Positions 26,153-36,076 of a stretch of DNA of 59,516 nt are shown here, piece by piece. This stretch comes from Chthoniobacteraceae bacterium (lineage in GTDB: Bacteria; Verrucomicrobiota; Verrucomicrobiia; Chthoniobacterales; Chthoniobacteraceae): the NCBI GenBank assembly GCA_031409335.1, contig JANNWY010000317.1, positions 1-59,516 of the forward strand. Direction: 5' to 3'. Position 1 is the stretch's first letter; every line of letters starts with the position of its first letter. A model generated the notes under the pieces. That model was not told the DNA's origin and did no database searches. It was given only the letters and a program-made list of their open reading frames with translations. Made by a program: the position numbers and the translations under genes.

Positions 26153-27577
26153 ATGGCCCAGACCGGCAGCAGGGCGGTGTTTGTTTCCGCGCGCCGCGTT
26201 TTTTCCCTGGCATTTGGTTTGGTTTTGCTTGCGGCATTCCTTTCCCTTGCCGCGCAAGTGCGCGGGCTCTTTGGCGAGCGCGGGCTCATGCCGGCGGGCG
26301 AGTTTTTGAAGGCGGTGCATTCCCAGCTTGGCGCGCGTGCTTTTTGGGAAGTGCCGTCGCTCTGCTGGCTCGGCGCGGGCGATGGATTTTTGGTCGCGCT
26401 CTGCGTCTTCGGCGCGGTGCTTTCGCTCGCCATCGCGCTCGGTTTCGCGCCTGGCGCGTGCTCGCTCGGGTGCTGGGCGATCTACCTTTCGCTATGCTCG
26501 GTCGGCTCGCCATTCCTCAATTTCCAGTGGGACGCGCTGCTGATCGAGACGGCGCTGCTCGCCGCATTCTGGCTGCCGTGGCGGCTGCGGCCGGATTGGG
26601 GAAGCGAGACGCCGGGACAAAAGTTCGCGCGCTGGCTCATTTGGTGGCTGCTCGCGCGGCTCATGTTCGAGTCGGCGCTCGTGAAGCTGACGTGGGGCGA
26701 TGAAACGTGGTGGAGCCTCAGCGCGCTCGATTTTCATTTTGAAACGCAGCCGCTCCCGCTCGCGACCGCGTGGTACGTGCATCACGCGCCGCGCTGGCTT
26801 CTGCGCCTCGCGACCTTCGTCATGTTCGTCATTGAATTCGTCGCCCCATTTCTCGTCCTCGCGCCGCGTCGCTGGCGGCACGGCGGCGCGCTCGCGCTCA
26901 TCGCGTTGCAGGCGGCCATCGCTTTGACGGGCAATTACGCCTTCTTCAATCTGCTCAGCATCGCGCTCTGCCTGCCGCTTTTCGACGACGCCATTTTCCC
27001 CGCCCGCTGGCGCGTCGCTGCGGTGGAAACGCCGCAGTTTCCCAAATGGCGCACCGCGCTCGCGATCACGTGCGCGGTGCTCGCGGCGGTGCTCACGCTG
27101 CCGGGCCTCATCCAGGGCTTCTGCATCGAATGCCCGCAGCCGCTCGCCGCGCTGCGCAGTTTCAATGGCTACGGCCTTTTCCGCGTGATGACCACGCAGC
27201 GCCCCGAAGTCGTCATCGAAGGCAACAACGACAGCGTGACGTGGCACGAATACGAATTCCCGTGGAAGCCCGGCGACGTGCGCCGCAGCCCCGCGCTCGT
27301 CGCGCCGCATCAGCCCCGCGTGGACTGGCAAATGTGGTTCGCCGCGCTCGGCGACGTGCGCTCGAATCCATGGCTCGTGAACCTCCTCGCGCGCACGCTG
27401 CAAGGCTCGCCCGAAGTCCTGGCCTTCTACGAATGGAACCCTTTCCCAAACCACCCGCCACGTTTCATGCGCGCCGTGCTCTACGATTACCACTTCACCC
27501 GCGCGGGCGAATCCGGCTGGTGGCATCGCGAAATGCGCGGCAGCTATTGCCCCGCGATTTCGCTGACGAAACCGTGA
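26153..27577 (+). CDS. Lipase maturation factor (LMF) family membrane protein
   Basis: FLNFQWDALL.E, HFETQPLP, TGNYAFFN, YGLFRVMT..RPE, APHQPR.DWQMWFAAL. Confidence 0.93.
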   Translation: MAQTGSRAVFVSARRVFSLAFGLVLLAAFLSLAAQVRGLFGERGLMPAGEFLKAVHSQLGARAFWEVPSLCWLGAGDGFLVALCVFGAVLSLAIALGFAPGACSLGCWAIYLSLCSVGSPFLNFQWDALLIETALLAAFWLPWRLRPDWGSETPGQKFARWLIWWLLARLMFESALVKLTWGDETWWSLSALDFHFETQPLPLATAWYVHHAPRWLLRLATFVMFVIEFVAPFLVLAPRRWRHGGALALIALQAAIALTGNYAFFNLLSIALCLPLFDDAIFPARWRVAAVETPQFPKWRTALAITCAVLAAVLTLPGLIQGFCIECPQPLAALRSFNGYGLFRVMTTQRPEVVIEGNNDSVTWHEYEFPWKPGDVRRSPALVAPHQPRVDWQMWFAALGDVRSNPWLVNLLARTLQGSPEVLAFYEWNPFPNHPPRFMRAVLYDYHFTRAGESGWWHREMRGSYCPAISLTKP

Positions 27578-27581
27578 CCGG

Positions 27582-28037
27582 TCAGCGGCGAAGGATTTTT
27601 TTGCCCGCGAGCGCGTCTCGCAGGACTGGCAGGGTCGCGAGATCCTTCGGACGACCGACAAACTCTTTACTTCGGATGATTTGCTCAAGCGGAAGCACCT
27701 TTACCTTTTCACCATGCAACTCGATCTCGACGGCTCGCCGCCATTCGGTGGAAAACGATGCGATCCCGTTCACGTGATAGAGAAAATTAACGAGGGAGCA
27801 GTTTCGCAGCGCGACGACGGTCTGCCGAATGATCGTCCCGCCAAGTTTCTGCGTGAGCGTGAGAAGACGAATGTACTGCCGTTCCGGCAGGTCGATCCAC
27901 AAGTCCGTGTCGAGCGTTGTCATCGGCGCGCCTTGCAGGATCGCACCGCTCATTCCTGCGAGTAGAAAACGGATTTTTCCCGCTGGAAGTAACTGAATAA
28001 GTTCAGCGAGTGGAGATAGTTCTCGTGGAATTTCCAC
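27582..28037 (-). CDS. Nucleotidyltransferase-fold protein
   Basis: LLAGMSGAILQG....TLDTDLWI (G..A...T.D.D NTase motif), C-terminal SKE..GRPKD. Confidence 0.75.
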   Translation of the reverse strand: MEIPRELSPLAELIQLLPAGKIRFLLAGMSGAILQGAPMTTLDTDLWIDLPERQYIRLLTLTQKLGGTIIRQTVVALRNCSLVNFLYHVNGIASFSTEWRRAVEIELHGEKVKVLPLEQIIRSKEFVGRPKDLATLPVLRDALAGKKILRR

Positions 28038-28159
28038 CGCTCGTCTGGCGTTGCGAGAATGCTGCGCGCGAAGAGCAGCCTTTCCGCCTCGTCGAGATGC
28101 GGGATGGCTTTCAGCTTTTCGGCGGCTGCGTGGAGGCGGCGAAGACTTTTTTTCCCCAC
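27950..28159 (-). CDS. Small partner protein overlapping the nucleotidyltransferase
   Basis: About 69 aa from a GTG start, containing LATPDERW, like the small genes that precede such NTases; the start is uncertain. Confidence 0.5.
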   Translation of the reverse strand: MGKKSLRRLHAAAEKLKAIPHLDEAERLLFARSILATPDERWKFHENYLHSLNLFSYFQREKSVFYSQE

Positions 28160-28264
28160 GCGCAAGCCATCACAGATTCGCGTGCGGAAACAAGCGGGCA
28201 GTGATGACTGCGCTGCCGAAAAGTGCGCTAATATCATGTCGCGTGATCGGTAGTTCCCCTGACC

Positions 28265-28747
28265 ATGCATTCAGTCCCCAAATCCCCAAAAATGCCTGTC
28301 CGCGCTAGTCGCGACACCTTCCTGCGCCGTCCCCGAGCGGCATTCACGTTGATCGAAATCGTGCTCGTCATCACGATCATTTCCATCCTCGGCGCGGCGT
28401 TGATTTACGGCATCAAAGGCAACGTCGATGTCGCGAAGGAGACGCGCGTGGAGTCGGACATCAAGGCAGTGATGACGCAGCTCAAAGTTTATGAAGCCCG
28501 GAATCTCGCGCCACCCACCACCGAACAGGGTCTGAAGGCGCTCGTGGAATTGCCGACGATCGAGCCGATCCCGGAGCGCTGGACGCAGCTCCTCGAGGAT
28601 ATTCCAAAGGACCCGTGGAAGCGGGAGTTTCGCTACCAATATCCCGCCAAACGCAGCAAGGCGGACTACGACGTTTATTCGCTTGGCATGGACGGTGTGG
28701 AGAGCACGGATGACATCGGAAACTGGAAACTCGCGCGGAAAAACTAG
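28265..28747 (+). CDS. gspG: Type II secretion major pseudopilin
   Basis: AFTLIEIV, PTTEQGLKALV, PKDPW..EFRY.YP, YDVYSLG.DG, DDIGNW. Confidence 0.93.
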   Translation: MHSVPKSPKMPVRASRDTFLRRPRAAFTLIEIVLVITIISILGAALIYGIKGNVDVAKETRVESDIKAVMTQLKVYEARNLAPPTTEQGLKALVELPTIEPIPERWTQLLEDIPKDPWKREFRYQYPAKRSKADYDVYSLGMDGVESTDDIGNWKLARKN

Positions 28748-28765
28748 GCGGGCGCACTCCCTTTC

Positions 28766-29461
28766 ATGATCCCCCCGAGGAACAGCGAAGTGCGAGGTAG
28801 CTTCGGCGGGGGAGCATTCACGCTGGTCGAAATCGTCGTCGCGCTCACGATCGCCGCAGTGATCGCGGCGGTGGCGATCCCCACTCTGAAAGGCCTGGGT
28901 CGCGAAGAAGCGGCGCGGGTTCCGATCACGACGCTCGCCGGGATCGTGCAGGAGGTGCGGCAGCGCGCGATGCGCGAGCACCGGGCTTATCAGATCGTGT
29001 TCGAGCACGAAGGCATCCACGCGAGCCCGGCCATGCATCCGTATGAAAGGCGCGAGGATTTTCTAAAGCATCTCGAGGAAATGCGGACGCCGCCGCGGAT
29101 CGATTTCATCGAGCGAATCGCGATCGAACGTGCCGAAGTAAAACGCGATGAGATCGACGGTCGGGCATCGGCGCAGCCTGCGATCGTGAAGAAAGACGAG
29201 CGCCCGCGCTTTCAACTGCCGTGGACCGCCACGATCCCGCTCTCCGCGGAGACGAAATGCGAAGTGCTGATGTGGGGCGATGGCGAGTGGGATGTGATCG
29301 AGGGCGATAAAATGCGGCGGTGGGTTTTCCAGCCGACCGGCATGGCGAATCCCGCGCGCGTCCGCCTGCGCACGGAGGCCGCGGAACTTGAAGCCAGCTT
29401 CGATCTGCTCACCGGCGAACTCATCAGCGAACGCACCCGCCTCGCGACCACGCAGCCATGA
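28766..29461 (+). CDS. Minor pseudopilin (GspH-like)
   Basis: GAFTLVEIVVAL methylation motif, FQPTG, FD.LTG; position in operon. Confidence 0.75.
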   Translation: MIPPRNSEVRGSFGGGAFTLVEIVVALTIAAVIAAVAIPTLKGLGREEAARVPITTLAGIVQEVRQRAMREHRAYQIVFEHEGIHASPAMHPYERREDFLKHLEEMRTPPRIDFIERIAIERAEVKRDEIDGRASAQPAIVKKDERPRFQLPWTATIPLSAETKCEVLMWGDGEWDVIEGDKMRRWVFQPTGMANPARVRLRTEAAELEASFDLLTGELISERTRLATTQP

Positions 29462-29853
29462 TTTTTCCCGAGCGAAAATCTTCCGCCGCTTACGTGCTGC
29501 TCGAAATGATCATCGCGCTCACGGTCTTCGCCGTGGTCACGACCGGGCTCGATAAGTCGCTGCATTCCTCGCTCGACGCGGCGAATCTGTTGCGGCGGCA
29601 GGCGGCGGTGCGGCGCGGGCTGGAGTCGATCCTCGTTGAGGCAAAGGCGAAGCCGAAACGCGAGGAGATGGCGATGGCGTATCGCGACGACGCGCTCGGC
29701 ATCGAGTTTCGTTCCGAGCTGGAAGAGTTGAAATGGATCAACCGGCGCGGGCGTCCCGTGAAAAGTCTCTACATCCTGCGCGCCGTCGCGACTGATCTGC
29801 GCGCAGCGAAACCACTCAACGACACGGCGAAGGTCTATGTTTACCGGCCCTGA
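29458..29853 (+). CDS. Minor pseudopilin (GspI-like)
   Basis: AAYVLLEMIIAL motif, size and position. Confidence 0.7.
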   Translation: MIFPERKSSAAYVLLEMIIALTVFAVVTTGLDKSLHSSLDAANLLRRQAAVRRGLESILVEAKAKPKREEMAMAYRDDALGIEFRSELEELKWINRRGRPVKSLYILRAVATDLRAAKPLNDTAKVYVYRP

Positions 29854-30562
29854 TTTTCGTTGGGAAAACGGGCGCGCGTTCACGCTCATCGAAGTTGTCG
29901 TGGGTCTCGCGATTCTCTCGCTCATGGCGGGCGCGATTTACGGGATCGTCAGCGGCTCCGTGGAATCCACGGCGTCGCTCGGACTCATCCAATCCGAGGA
30001 CCGGCGCCTGGAATCTTTTCTGCATCGGACGCGCCTCGCCTTCGCGCATCTTCCCGCCGGAGCCACGATGGAACTCAAGATTCTGGAAAGCGAACCGCTG
30101 CGGCAGGAACTCATCTTGCGCGGCATCGGCGAAGCCTTCGCGTGGGGTGATCGCGGCGGTTGGGAAAAGCCGGTCGTCACGCTCGCGCCGCTGCGTTGGC
30201 CCGACGATCGCAGACCGCCGCCGGTACGCGCCGAGATGCGCGGGAAAACCACGCCCGTCACGCAGCGATATTCGTTCGCGATGAGCGTCCCGGATTTCTA
30301 CCGCACCGATCCCGACGGCGAGCCGCAGCCCGACAGCCTGCTGCGCTCGAAACAGGGAAATCAACTCGTGCAACCGGACACGCAGGGCCGCTTCTGGATG
30401 GATATTTTACCGGAAGTCGATCGCGTCGAATGGCGCTTTTACGATCCGGCAAAAAAAGCGTGGGTCGAACAGCAAACCTCCGCCCGCCCTCCGCTCATCG
30501 AACTGCGCCTGTCCCTGCCCGGTCGCAAAATCCCGCTGCGCGCCGTTTTTGAAACCGCGTGA
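29837..30562 (+). CDS. Minor pseudopilin (GspJ-like)
   Basis: RAFTLIEVVVGL, C-terminal WRFYD....W......PPLIEL. Confidence 0.75.
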   Translation: MFTGPDFRWENGRAFTLIEVVVGLAILSLMAGAIYGIVSGSVESTASLGLIQSEDRRLESFLHRTRLAFAHLPAGATMELKILESEPLRQELILRGIGEAFAWGDRGGWEKPVVTLAPLRWPDDRRPPPVRAEMRGKTTPVTQRYSFAMSVPDFYRTDPDGEPQPDSLLRSKQGNQLVQPDTQGRFWMDILPEVDRVEWRFYDPAKKAWVEQQTSARPPLIELRLSLPGRKIPLRAVFETA

Positions 30563-30567
30563 TTTGA

Positions 30568-31458
30568 ATGATGAATCGTCGCGCCTCAAGTCTCCTGCTC
30601 GTTTTGTGGGCCATCATGCTGATGTCGTTCGCCGTCCTCGGCCTCGTCTCAAATCTCTCGCGCGGGCTCGATGAATCGATCCACGCTGAAAAGGAATTCC
30701 GCGCGCGCCTGCTCCTCCAATCGGCCCGCACGCTCGCGGCGCATCCCGACATCGAGTGGGGCGATCCGCTGCTCAGCCAGTGGGTTTCCAACACGTCCTC
30801 GTACGAAGTTTTCCTCACGACCGAGGGCACGCGCCTCTGCATCAATCAACTCACCAACAGCGCGCAGCGGGACTTCGCGCAGCGTCTTTTTCAGAAATGG
30901 GGCATGGACGAACGGCAGGCCGAGACGCTCACCGAATCCATCAATGACTGGCTCGACCCCGGCGACCGCCCGCGCTCGCATGGCGCCGAGCGCGACTACT
31001 ACACAACGCTGGGCCGCCCCGACCTCCCGTACAATCGTCCGTTCGATAATATCGACGACCTGACGATGGTTCGCGGTGCTGAGGAACTCGACAACGTCCG
31101 CCCCGACTGGCGCGAATTTTTCACGATCTACGGCGACGGCGGCATCGACCTCCATCGCGCATCGGCGGAAATGCTGGCGGTGCTTTTCGATGTCACGGAA
31201 TCCGAAGTCAGTCGTTTCATCAACGCGCGACTCGGCCCCGACGGCCTGCAAGACACGATCGACGACCGCCGCTTCGCCACCCTCGCCGAAGCGCGCCGCG
31301 TCCTCGACGTGCCGCAGGCGAATTACAACGCCGTCGCCGCGTTGCTCGTGCTCGACCATCCCGTCAAGCGCACCGAATGCCTCGCCCGCGCGGGTTCGCT
31401 GGAGCGCCGCCTCACCATCATCAGCGGCCCCGCGATCAGCCTGATTCGCGAACAATAG
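30568..31458 (+). CDS. gspK: Type II secretion protein K
   Basis: LLLVLWAI N-terminus without E5, E..R..IN, I.DW.D, GAE..YY, NRPF..IDDL..VRG. Confidence 0.88.
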   Translation: MMNRRASSLLLVLWAIMLMSFAVLGLVSNLSRGLDESIHAEKEFRARLLLQSARTLAAHPDIEWGDPLLSQWVSNTSSYEVFLTTEGTRLCINQLTNSAQRDFAQRLFQKWGMDERQAETLTESINDWLDPGDRPRSHGAERDYYTTLGRPDLPYNRPFDNIDDLTMVRGAEELDNVRPDWREFFTIYGDGGIDLHRASAEMLAVLFDVTESEVSRFINARLGPDGLQDTIDDRRFATLAEARRVLDVPQANYNAVAALLVLDHPVKRTECLARAGSLERRLTIISGPAISLIREQ

Positions 31459-31465
31459 CCTGAGT

Positions 31466-32725
31466 ATGTTTTCCACCACCGTCATCCTGCCCGCCGCCGA
31501 AGCCCACTGGGAAGTGTGGCGCTGTGGCAATGGCAGCGGGAGCGTGTGGCAGGGTTCGGCGGACGATCCGGTGAAAGGCGCGAACGGCAGCCGCTCGGTC
31601 GTCGTCGCACTGCCCGCGCGATCGTGCCGGACGTTCTCTTTTTCCGCGCCGACGGAGGATCGCCAGCTCGTGCGCAAGCTCGCGTTTGCGCAGTTGGAAA
31701 AGCGCGGGCTCACGACGGTCGGCGTGGAGCAGACGGCGTTTGAGTGCCACGTGATGGTGCAGGGCGGCGGGCATTCGCTGGTCAGCGTCGATGTCGTCAC
31801 GCCCGAAGCGGCGGCGACGCTCAATGGCTCGAAGGCGCGCGCGCTCGTGCCCAGCGCGCGGCTCTTTCACATCCCCGATGGAAAACTCGTGGTGCTCGAA
31901 GAACAAGGCCGGCTGGTGCTTTGCGCGGGAAATGGCGGGCGGCTCATTCACAGCCAGATCGTTTCCGCGACGCGCGATTTGAACGGCCACGCCGCGCCCG
32001 AGATCCGCATCGCGAGCCTCGCGCTGGAGCAGCAAGGCGTGCTGCCGAAGATCACGGGCATCGAGCTGTGGGGTGAATTCTCAGCGGGTGATGCGCATGA
32101 GTTGAGCGAACAGCTCAGCCTTCCCGTGCAGGCGAAAGCCCGCCCGGCTCCCGACGGTCCTGCCGTGAAACGCGAGGCGACCATGCAGCTTCTTTCGCCC
32201 ACGGCACGCCAGGCCGTGCGCCGCCGCCAGCTCGGGAAGTTTCGCTGGGCCGCGATCGCGCTGCTCCTCGTGCCGATGCTTTGTTGGTTGTTCAGTCAGC
32301 GGAAAAAACTTACCGACCTCGAGGCCGAAGCCGCGCGCATCGAATCGACGCTCAACATTCCCACCGAAGCGACCGGGGATGCCGCGGAGCAGGATCGCAT
32401 CCGTGCGGAGAACGCAATCGTCACGGTGGGCCAGGCGCGCTGGGCCGCGCTGCGGATGGCGCTGGAGCCGCGCCGGTATCCGGTCGCGATTCTCGATGGA
32501 TTTTCCCGCTGCCTGCCGGCGGCGGATGTCGTGCTCACACGTTTCGAGTCGAAGGTCGCGGACCTTTCCGTCTCCGGCACCGCGCGCACGGCGAAGGATG
32601 CCTACACGTATTTCAACGCGGTCGGCAAAGACGGTCTGCTCGGCGTTTATGCTTGGAGCATGTTGCAGCCAGCGATTGGCGCGGATGGCTCCGCGACTTT
32701 CGAGATCAAGGGGAAGATGCGATGA
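31466..32725 (+). CDS. GspL/PilN-like inner-membrane platform protein
   Basis: Cytoplasmic N-domain, single TM, coiled coil, C-terminal SVSGTA...FEIKG; position after gspK. Confidence 0.6.
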   Translation: MFSTTVILPAAEAHWEVWRCGNGSGSVWQGSADDPVKGANGSRSVVVALPARSCRTFSFSAPTEDRQLVRKLAFAQLEKRGLTTVGVEQTAFECHVMVQGGGHSLVSVDVVTPEAAATLNGSKARALVPSARLFHIPDGKLVVLEEQGRLVLCAGNGGRLIHSQIVSATRDLNGHAAPEIRIASLALEQQGVLPKITGIELWGEFSAGDAHELSEQLSLPVQAKARPAPDGPAVKREATMQLLSPTARQAVRRRQLGKFRWAAIALLLVPMLCWLFSQRKKLTDLEAEAARIESTLNIPTEATGDAAEQDRIRAENAIVTVGQARWAALRMALEPRRYPVAILDGFSRCLPAADVVLTRFESKVADLSVSGTARTAKDAYTYFNAVGKDGLLGVYAWSMLQPAIGADGSATFEIKGKMR

Positions 32726-33249
32726 GACGCTCACTCACCAAATCGGAGACGACGCTGCTCGCGCTTTGCATCGCGGTCCTCGTGCTCGTGGGCGGATTTT
32801 TTGTTTTGAAAAATCACCGCACACGCATGGCCGCCGCGCGCGAGAAAATCGAAAATCTCCAGTCGCGTTTCACCGCCGCGGTCGCCGCGTCGGGCGATGC
32901 GCCATTTTGGAAAGAGCGTCAGGCGTGGCTCGACGCGACGATGCCCGCGATGGGCGATGGAGGGCAGGCACACAGCACATTTCTCGAGCAGCTCCAAGTC
33001 ACCGCACGTCAGCGCGGCCTCGTCATCACTTCGCCGGTTTTGCTCAAGCCCGAGGGTGGCCCACACCACCGCGATCTTGCCATCTCGCTCCAAATCGCCG
33101 GGCCGGACGGCGCGCTCTTCCGCTGGCTCGCCGGTCTCCAGTCGCCGGAAAAATTCCAGCTCATCAAATATCTCCTGCTCACACCGGTCGCCGGCCAACC
33201 CGCGCGGATGACCGGCAATATCACCGTCGCACGTCTCTACAAGCCATGA
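32722..33249 (+). CDS. GspM/PilO-like protein
   Basis: LTKSE..LL N-terminus, TM, coiled coil, small periplasmic domain; ATGA-coupled. Confidence 0.6.
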   Translation: MRRSLTKSETTLLALCIAVLVLVGGFFVLKNHRTRMAAAREKIENLQSRFTAAVAASGDAPFWKERQAWLDATMPAMGDGGQAHSTFLEQLQVTARQRGLVITSPVLLKPEGGPHHRDLAISLQIAGPDGALFRWLAGLQSPEKFQLIKYLLLTPVAGQPARMTGNITVARLYKP

Positions 33250-33899
33250 AGCTCGCGCCGCTCATTTTCGCCCTCCTCGCAGCCGCGGTCGCCCGCGCGA
33301 ATCAGCCCGCGATTCCTGCGCCCGTCACCGCCGAGAGCTACCCGGATCTTTTGCAGCGCCCGCCGTTTCGCCGCGTGCTCACGTTGTCCGAATCGCTCAT
33401 CCTCTCCGGTGTCGCGAGTTTGCCGGACGGGAAAATCGTGACCGTGTGGGACCGCGCGAGCGCGCGCTCTTTCGTCGTCGGCTCGCATCCGAATCCGCAG
33501 GGCTGGAAGCTCATCGAAGTCAGCGACAACGCCGATCTGCGCAGCGTCAGCGCGACCATCGCGGCGGGAGACCAGAAGATCACGCTGCGCTTCGACCCCG
33601 ATCGCCTCACGCCTCCGAAGCTCGACAACACTTCAAAACCCGCGCCGCGCAGCGAAGGCGCGATCGTGGTGGAGGCGTTGCTGCGTTCGCTCCAGCCCGC
33701 AGCGGCAAAGGATTTCGAAGCGCTCCCGGCTGAGGCGCAGGAAACGTTTCGCAAATCGTTCTCCAATTTCCTCGCCGCCTTCCCCACCGCGAGCGACGCC
33801 ACGCGACTCGCGTTTGTGCATCGCGCGCTCGACGATGCGCGCCCCGAAAATTCACCCGAGCCCAAGCCCGCAGTCCCCGCCGAACCCACTCCGAAATGA
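33246..33899 (+). CDS. Hypothetical exported T2SS-associated protein (possibly GspC/N-like)
   Basis: Signal peptide, R.PF motif, LILSGV and GWKLIEV; translationally coupled on both sides. Confidence 0.5.
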   Translation: MKLAPLIFALLAAAVARANQPAIPAPVTAESYPDLLQRPPFRRVLTLSESLILSGVASLPDGKIVTVWDRASARSFVVGSHPNPQGWKLIEVSDNADLRSVSATIAAGDQKITLRFDPDRLTPPKLDNTSKPAPRSEGAIVVEALLRSLQPAAAKDFEALPAEAQETFRKSFSNFLAAFPTASDATRLAFVHRALDDARPENSPEPKPAVPAEPTPK

Positions 33900-36076
33900 A
33901 ACACTTCCTCACCACCTTCGTTTGCGCTGCGCTGATTTCCGCCGCCGAAATCCTCGCGCAAAACCCCGCGCCGGTGAACCCGACGGAAGCAACGATCCAG
34001 CTTCAGTTTCCCAACAATGGCATCAGCGACGTGCTCGGGATTTACGAATTGCTCACGGGCAAATCGGTCGTGAAGGAATCGGGAATTTTCGAGGGAAAAC
34101 CAATCAGCCTCGTGACCGCGAAACCGATCACGCAACTCGAAGCCGTGGAGCTGATCGAATCGAGTCTTCAGCTCAACGGCTACGTGCTCACGCAGGCGCC
34201 GGACGGCTTGAGTGTGCGCGTGACCCTCGCGACCGCGCCGCAGGCAAACATCACGCGCGGGCTCTCGGTGAACCTGTCGCCGGAAGACCTGCCGACCGGT
34301 CACTCGATGGCGTCGTATTTTCTGAAACTCCAACACCTCGATCCGTCGGAAGCAGCGAGCACTTTGTGGAGCCATGTCGGTTTGAATACATTCGGACGCC
34401 TCACGCCGGTCGCGAGTCCGCCGGGCATTTTGATCACGGAAAACGCCGACAACATTCGCCAGATTCTCCGCGTCGCTTCGATCCTCGATGTGCCGCAGGA
34501 TCAGTCGAATCTCCGCACTGAATTTTACCCGCTGAAATTCGCCGACGCCGTCATCGTCGGGCAAATCCTCACCTCGACATTCACGACGCGAGTGACGCAG
34601 GTCATTCCGCCGCTCACGTCTGCGACGCTCGGCGATGCGACCACCGCCGCGCGCGTGCCGGCGCGACTCGTCACGGCAGTGCCGCCGCGCGTCGTTTCGG
34701 ATGATCGCTTAAATCGCATCATGCTCGTCGCGCAGGAATCCGATCACGCCTACGCGCGGAGATTGATCGAGGAGTTTGACCAGCCCATCAAACAAATCGC
34801 GCCGCTCGAGCGGCGGTTGCGCTACGTCTTCGTCGATCAAGTGCTCCCCGTCCTCGCCGACATTTTGCAGGACACCGGCAGTGGCAGCAGCACGATGGCC
34901 GGCGGCGAAGTCGTCCGCACCCGCCGTCCGCCCACCGCTTCCTCCGACCCCGCGACGCTCGCCGGGCGTCCGCGCCGCGCGACTGCACAGCGCGAAGGCG
35001 GGACGAACGCGCCGGTCGGATACGAGGATCAACTTCTCGCGCCGGAAGAAACCGCGCCGCCGCTCTCGATCCTCGTCGGAAAAACGCGCCTCGTTGCCGA
35101 CGTGCAGGCGAATAAATTGATCGCGTACGGCCCGCGCGAGGACATCGCAAAAATCACGAGCCTGCTCGACCGGCTCGACCGCAAACCGCCGCAAGTCTAT
35201 CTCGCGACGATCATCGGCCAGCTCACGCTCGACGACGACATGGAGATCGGCGTCGATTACCTCCGCAGATTCAAGGCAGGCGGCGGCGGCAACTACGCGG
35301 CCAGTTTCATCACGCTGGACAAGCTCGCGAAGTCCGTGACGGACGTGCGCAATCCGATCGTGAATCCGCCGCTCGGCGCGCTCACCGGATTGAATGTCTA
35401 TGGCCAGATCGCGAATGGCGTGGATGCGTTTGTCCGCGCGCTCGAAGGCACGCAGCGTTTCAAAATCCTGAGCCGCCCGGCGATCTACGCGGCCAACAAC
35501 AAGAAGGCGGTCATCACTTCCGGGCGCCGCATTCCCGTGCCCACCAGCAGCATCACCGACCTCGCGAACAGCAGCAACGTGCGCACGAACATCGCGTATC
35601 AGGATGTCGTGCTGAAACTCGAAGTCATCCCGCTCATCAACAGCAACAAGGAGGTCAGCCTGAATGTCGCGCAGGTGAACGACACGGTGGTCGGCCAACA
35701 GCAGGTGGCCGACAATACGGTGCCGATCATCGCCACGGAAAGGCTGCTCACGACAGTCACCGTCGCCAATCGCCACACGGTCGTGCTCGGCGGATTGATC
35801 ACGGAGAACGAAGAGAAAACCACGTCGGGGATTCCGTACATCAGCCGTATTCCGTATCTCGGCGTCGCGTTCAAATCGACCAAGACCAAGAAGGCGCGCA
35901 AGGAACTGCTGATCTTTATTCAGCCTGTCGTCGTCGAGGGAAACAATGAGACGGCGATCGTGAGCGAGGGCGAGGATGCCCGCACGGAAATCGGCCTCGA
36001 TGCGGCGGAACTTTTCCCTGATCTCCCGATCGACGAAGTGCCGGTGCGCAAGGCGAAGGCGGCGTCCAAAAAGTGA
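33896..36076 (+). CDS. gspD: Secretin (GspD)
   Basis: Signal peptide, N0 and N-domain repeats, LDR..PQV.L...I, ILSRP, YQDV.LKLEV.P.IN, VLGGLI, G.PY.SRIPYLG..FK, ELLIFIQP. Confidence 0.92.
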   Translation: MKHFLTTFVCAALISAAEILAQNPAPVNPTEATIQLQFPNNGISDVLGIYELLTGKSVVKESGIFEGKPISLVTAKPITQLEAVELIESSLQLNGYVLTQAPDGLSVRVTLATAPQANITRGLSVNLSPEDLPTGHSMASYFLKLQHLDPSEAASTLWSHVGLNTFGRLTPVASPPGILITENADNIRQILRVASILDVPQDQSNLRTEFYPLKFADAVIVGQILTSTFTTRVTQVIPPLTSATLGDATTAARVPARLVTAVPPRVVSDDRLNRIMLVAQESDHAYARRLIEEFDQPIKQIAPLERRLRYVFVDQVLPVLADILQDTGSGSSTMAGGEVVRTRRPPTASSDPATLAGRPRRATAQREGGTNAPVGYEDQLLAPEETAPPLSILVGKTRLVADVQANKLIAYGPREDIAKITSLLDRLDRKPPQVYLATIIGQLTLDDDMEIGVDYLRRFKAGGGGNYAASFITLDKLAKSVTDVRNPIVNPPLGALTGLNVYGQIANGVDAFVRALEGTQRFKILSRPAIYAANNKKAVITSGRRIPVPTSSITDLANSSNVRTNIAYQDVVLKLEVIPLINSNKEVSLNVAQVNDTVVGQQQVADNTVPIIATERLLTTVTVANRHTVVLGGLITENEEKTTSGIPYISRIPYLGVAFKSTKTKKARKELLIFIQPVVVEGNNETAIVSEGEDARTEIGLDAAELFPDLPIDEVPVRKAKAASKK

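Noticed and set aside
32281..33245. Long N-terminal extensions of ORFs 32281-33249 and 32379-33899
   Set aside because: They overlap upstream genes; the ATGA-coupled starts at 32722 and 33246 fit better.
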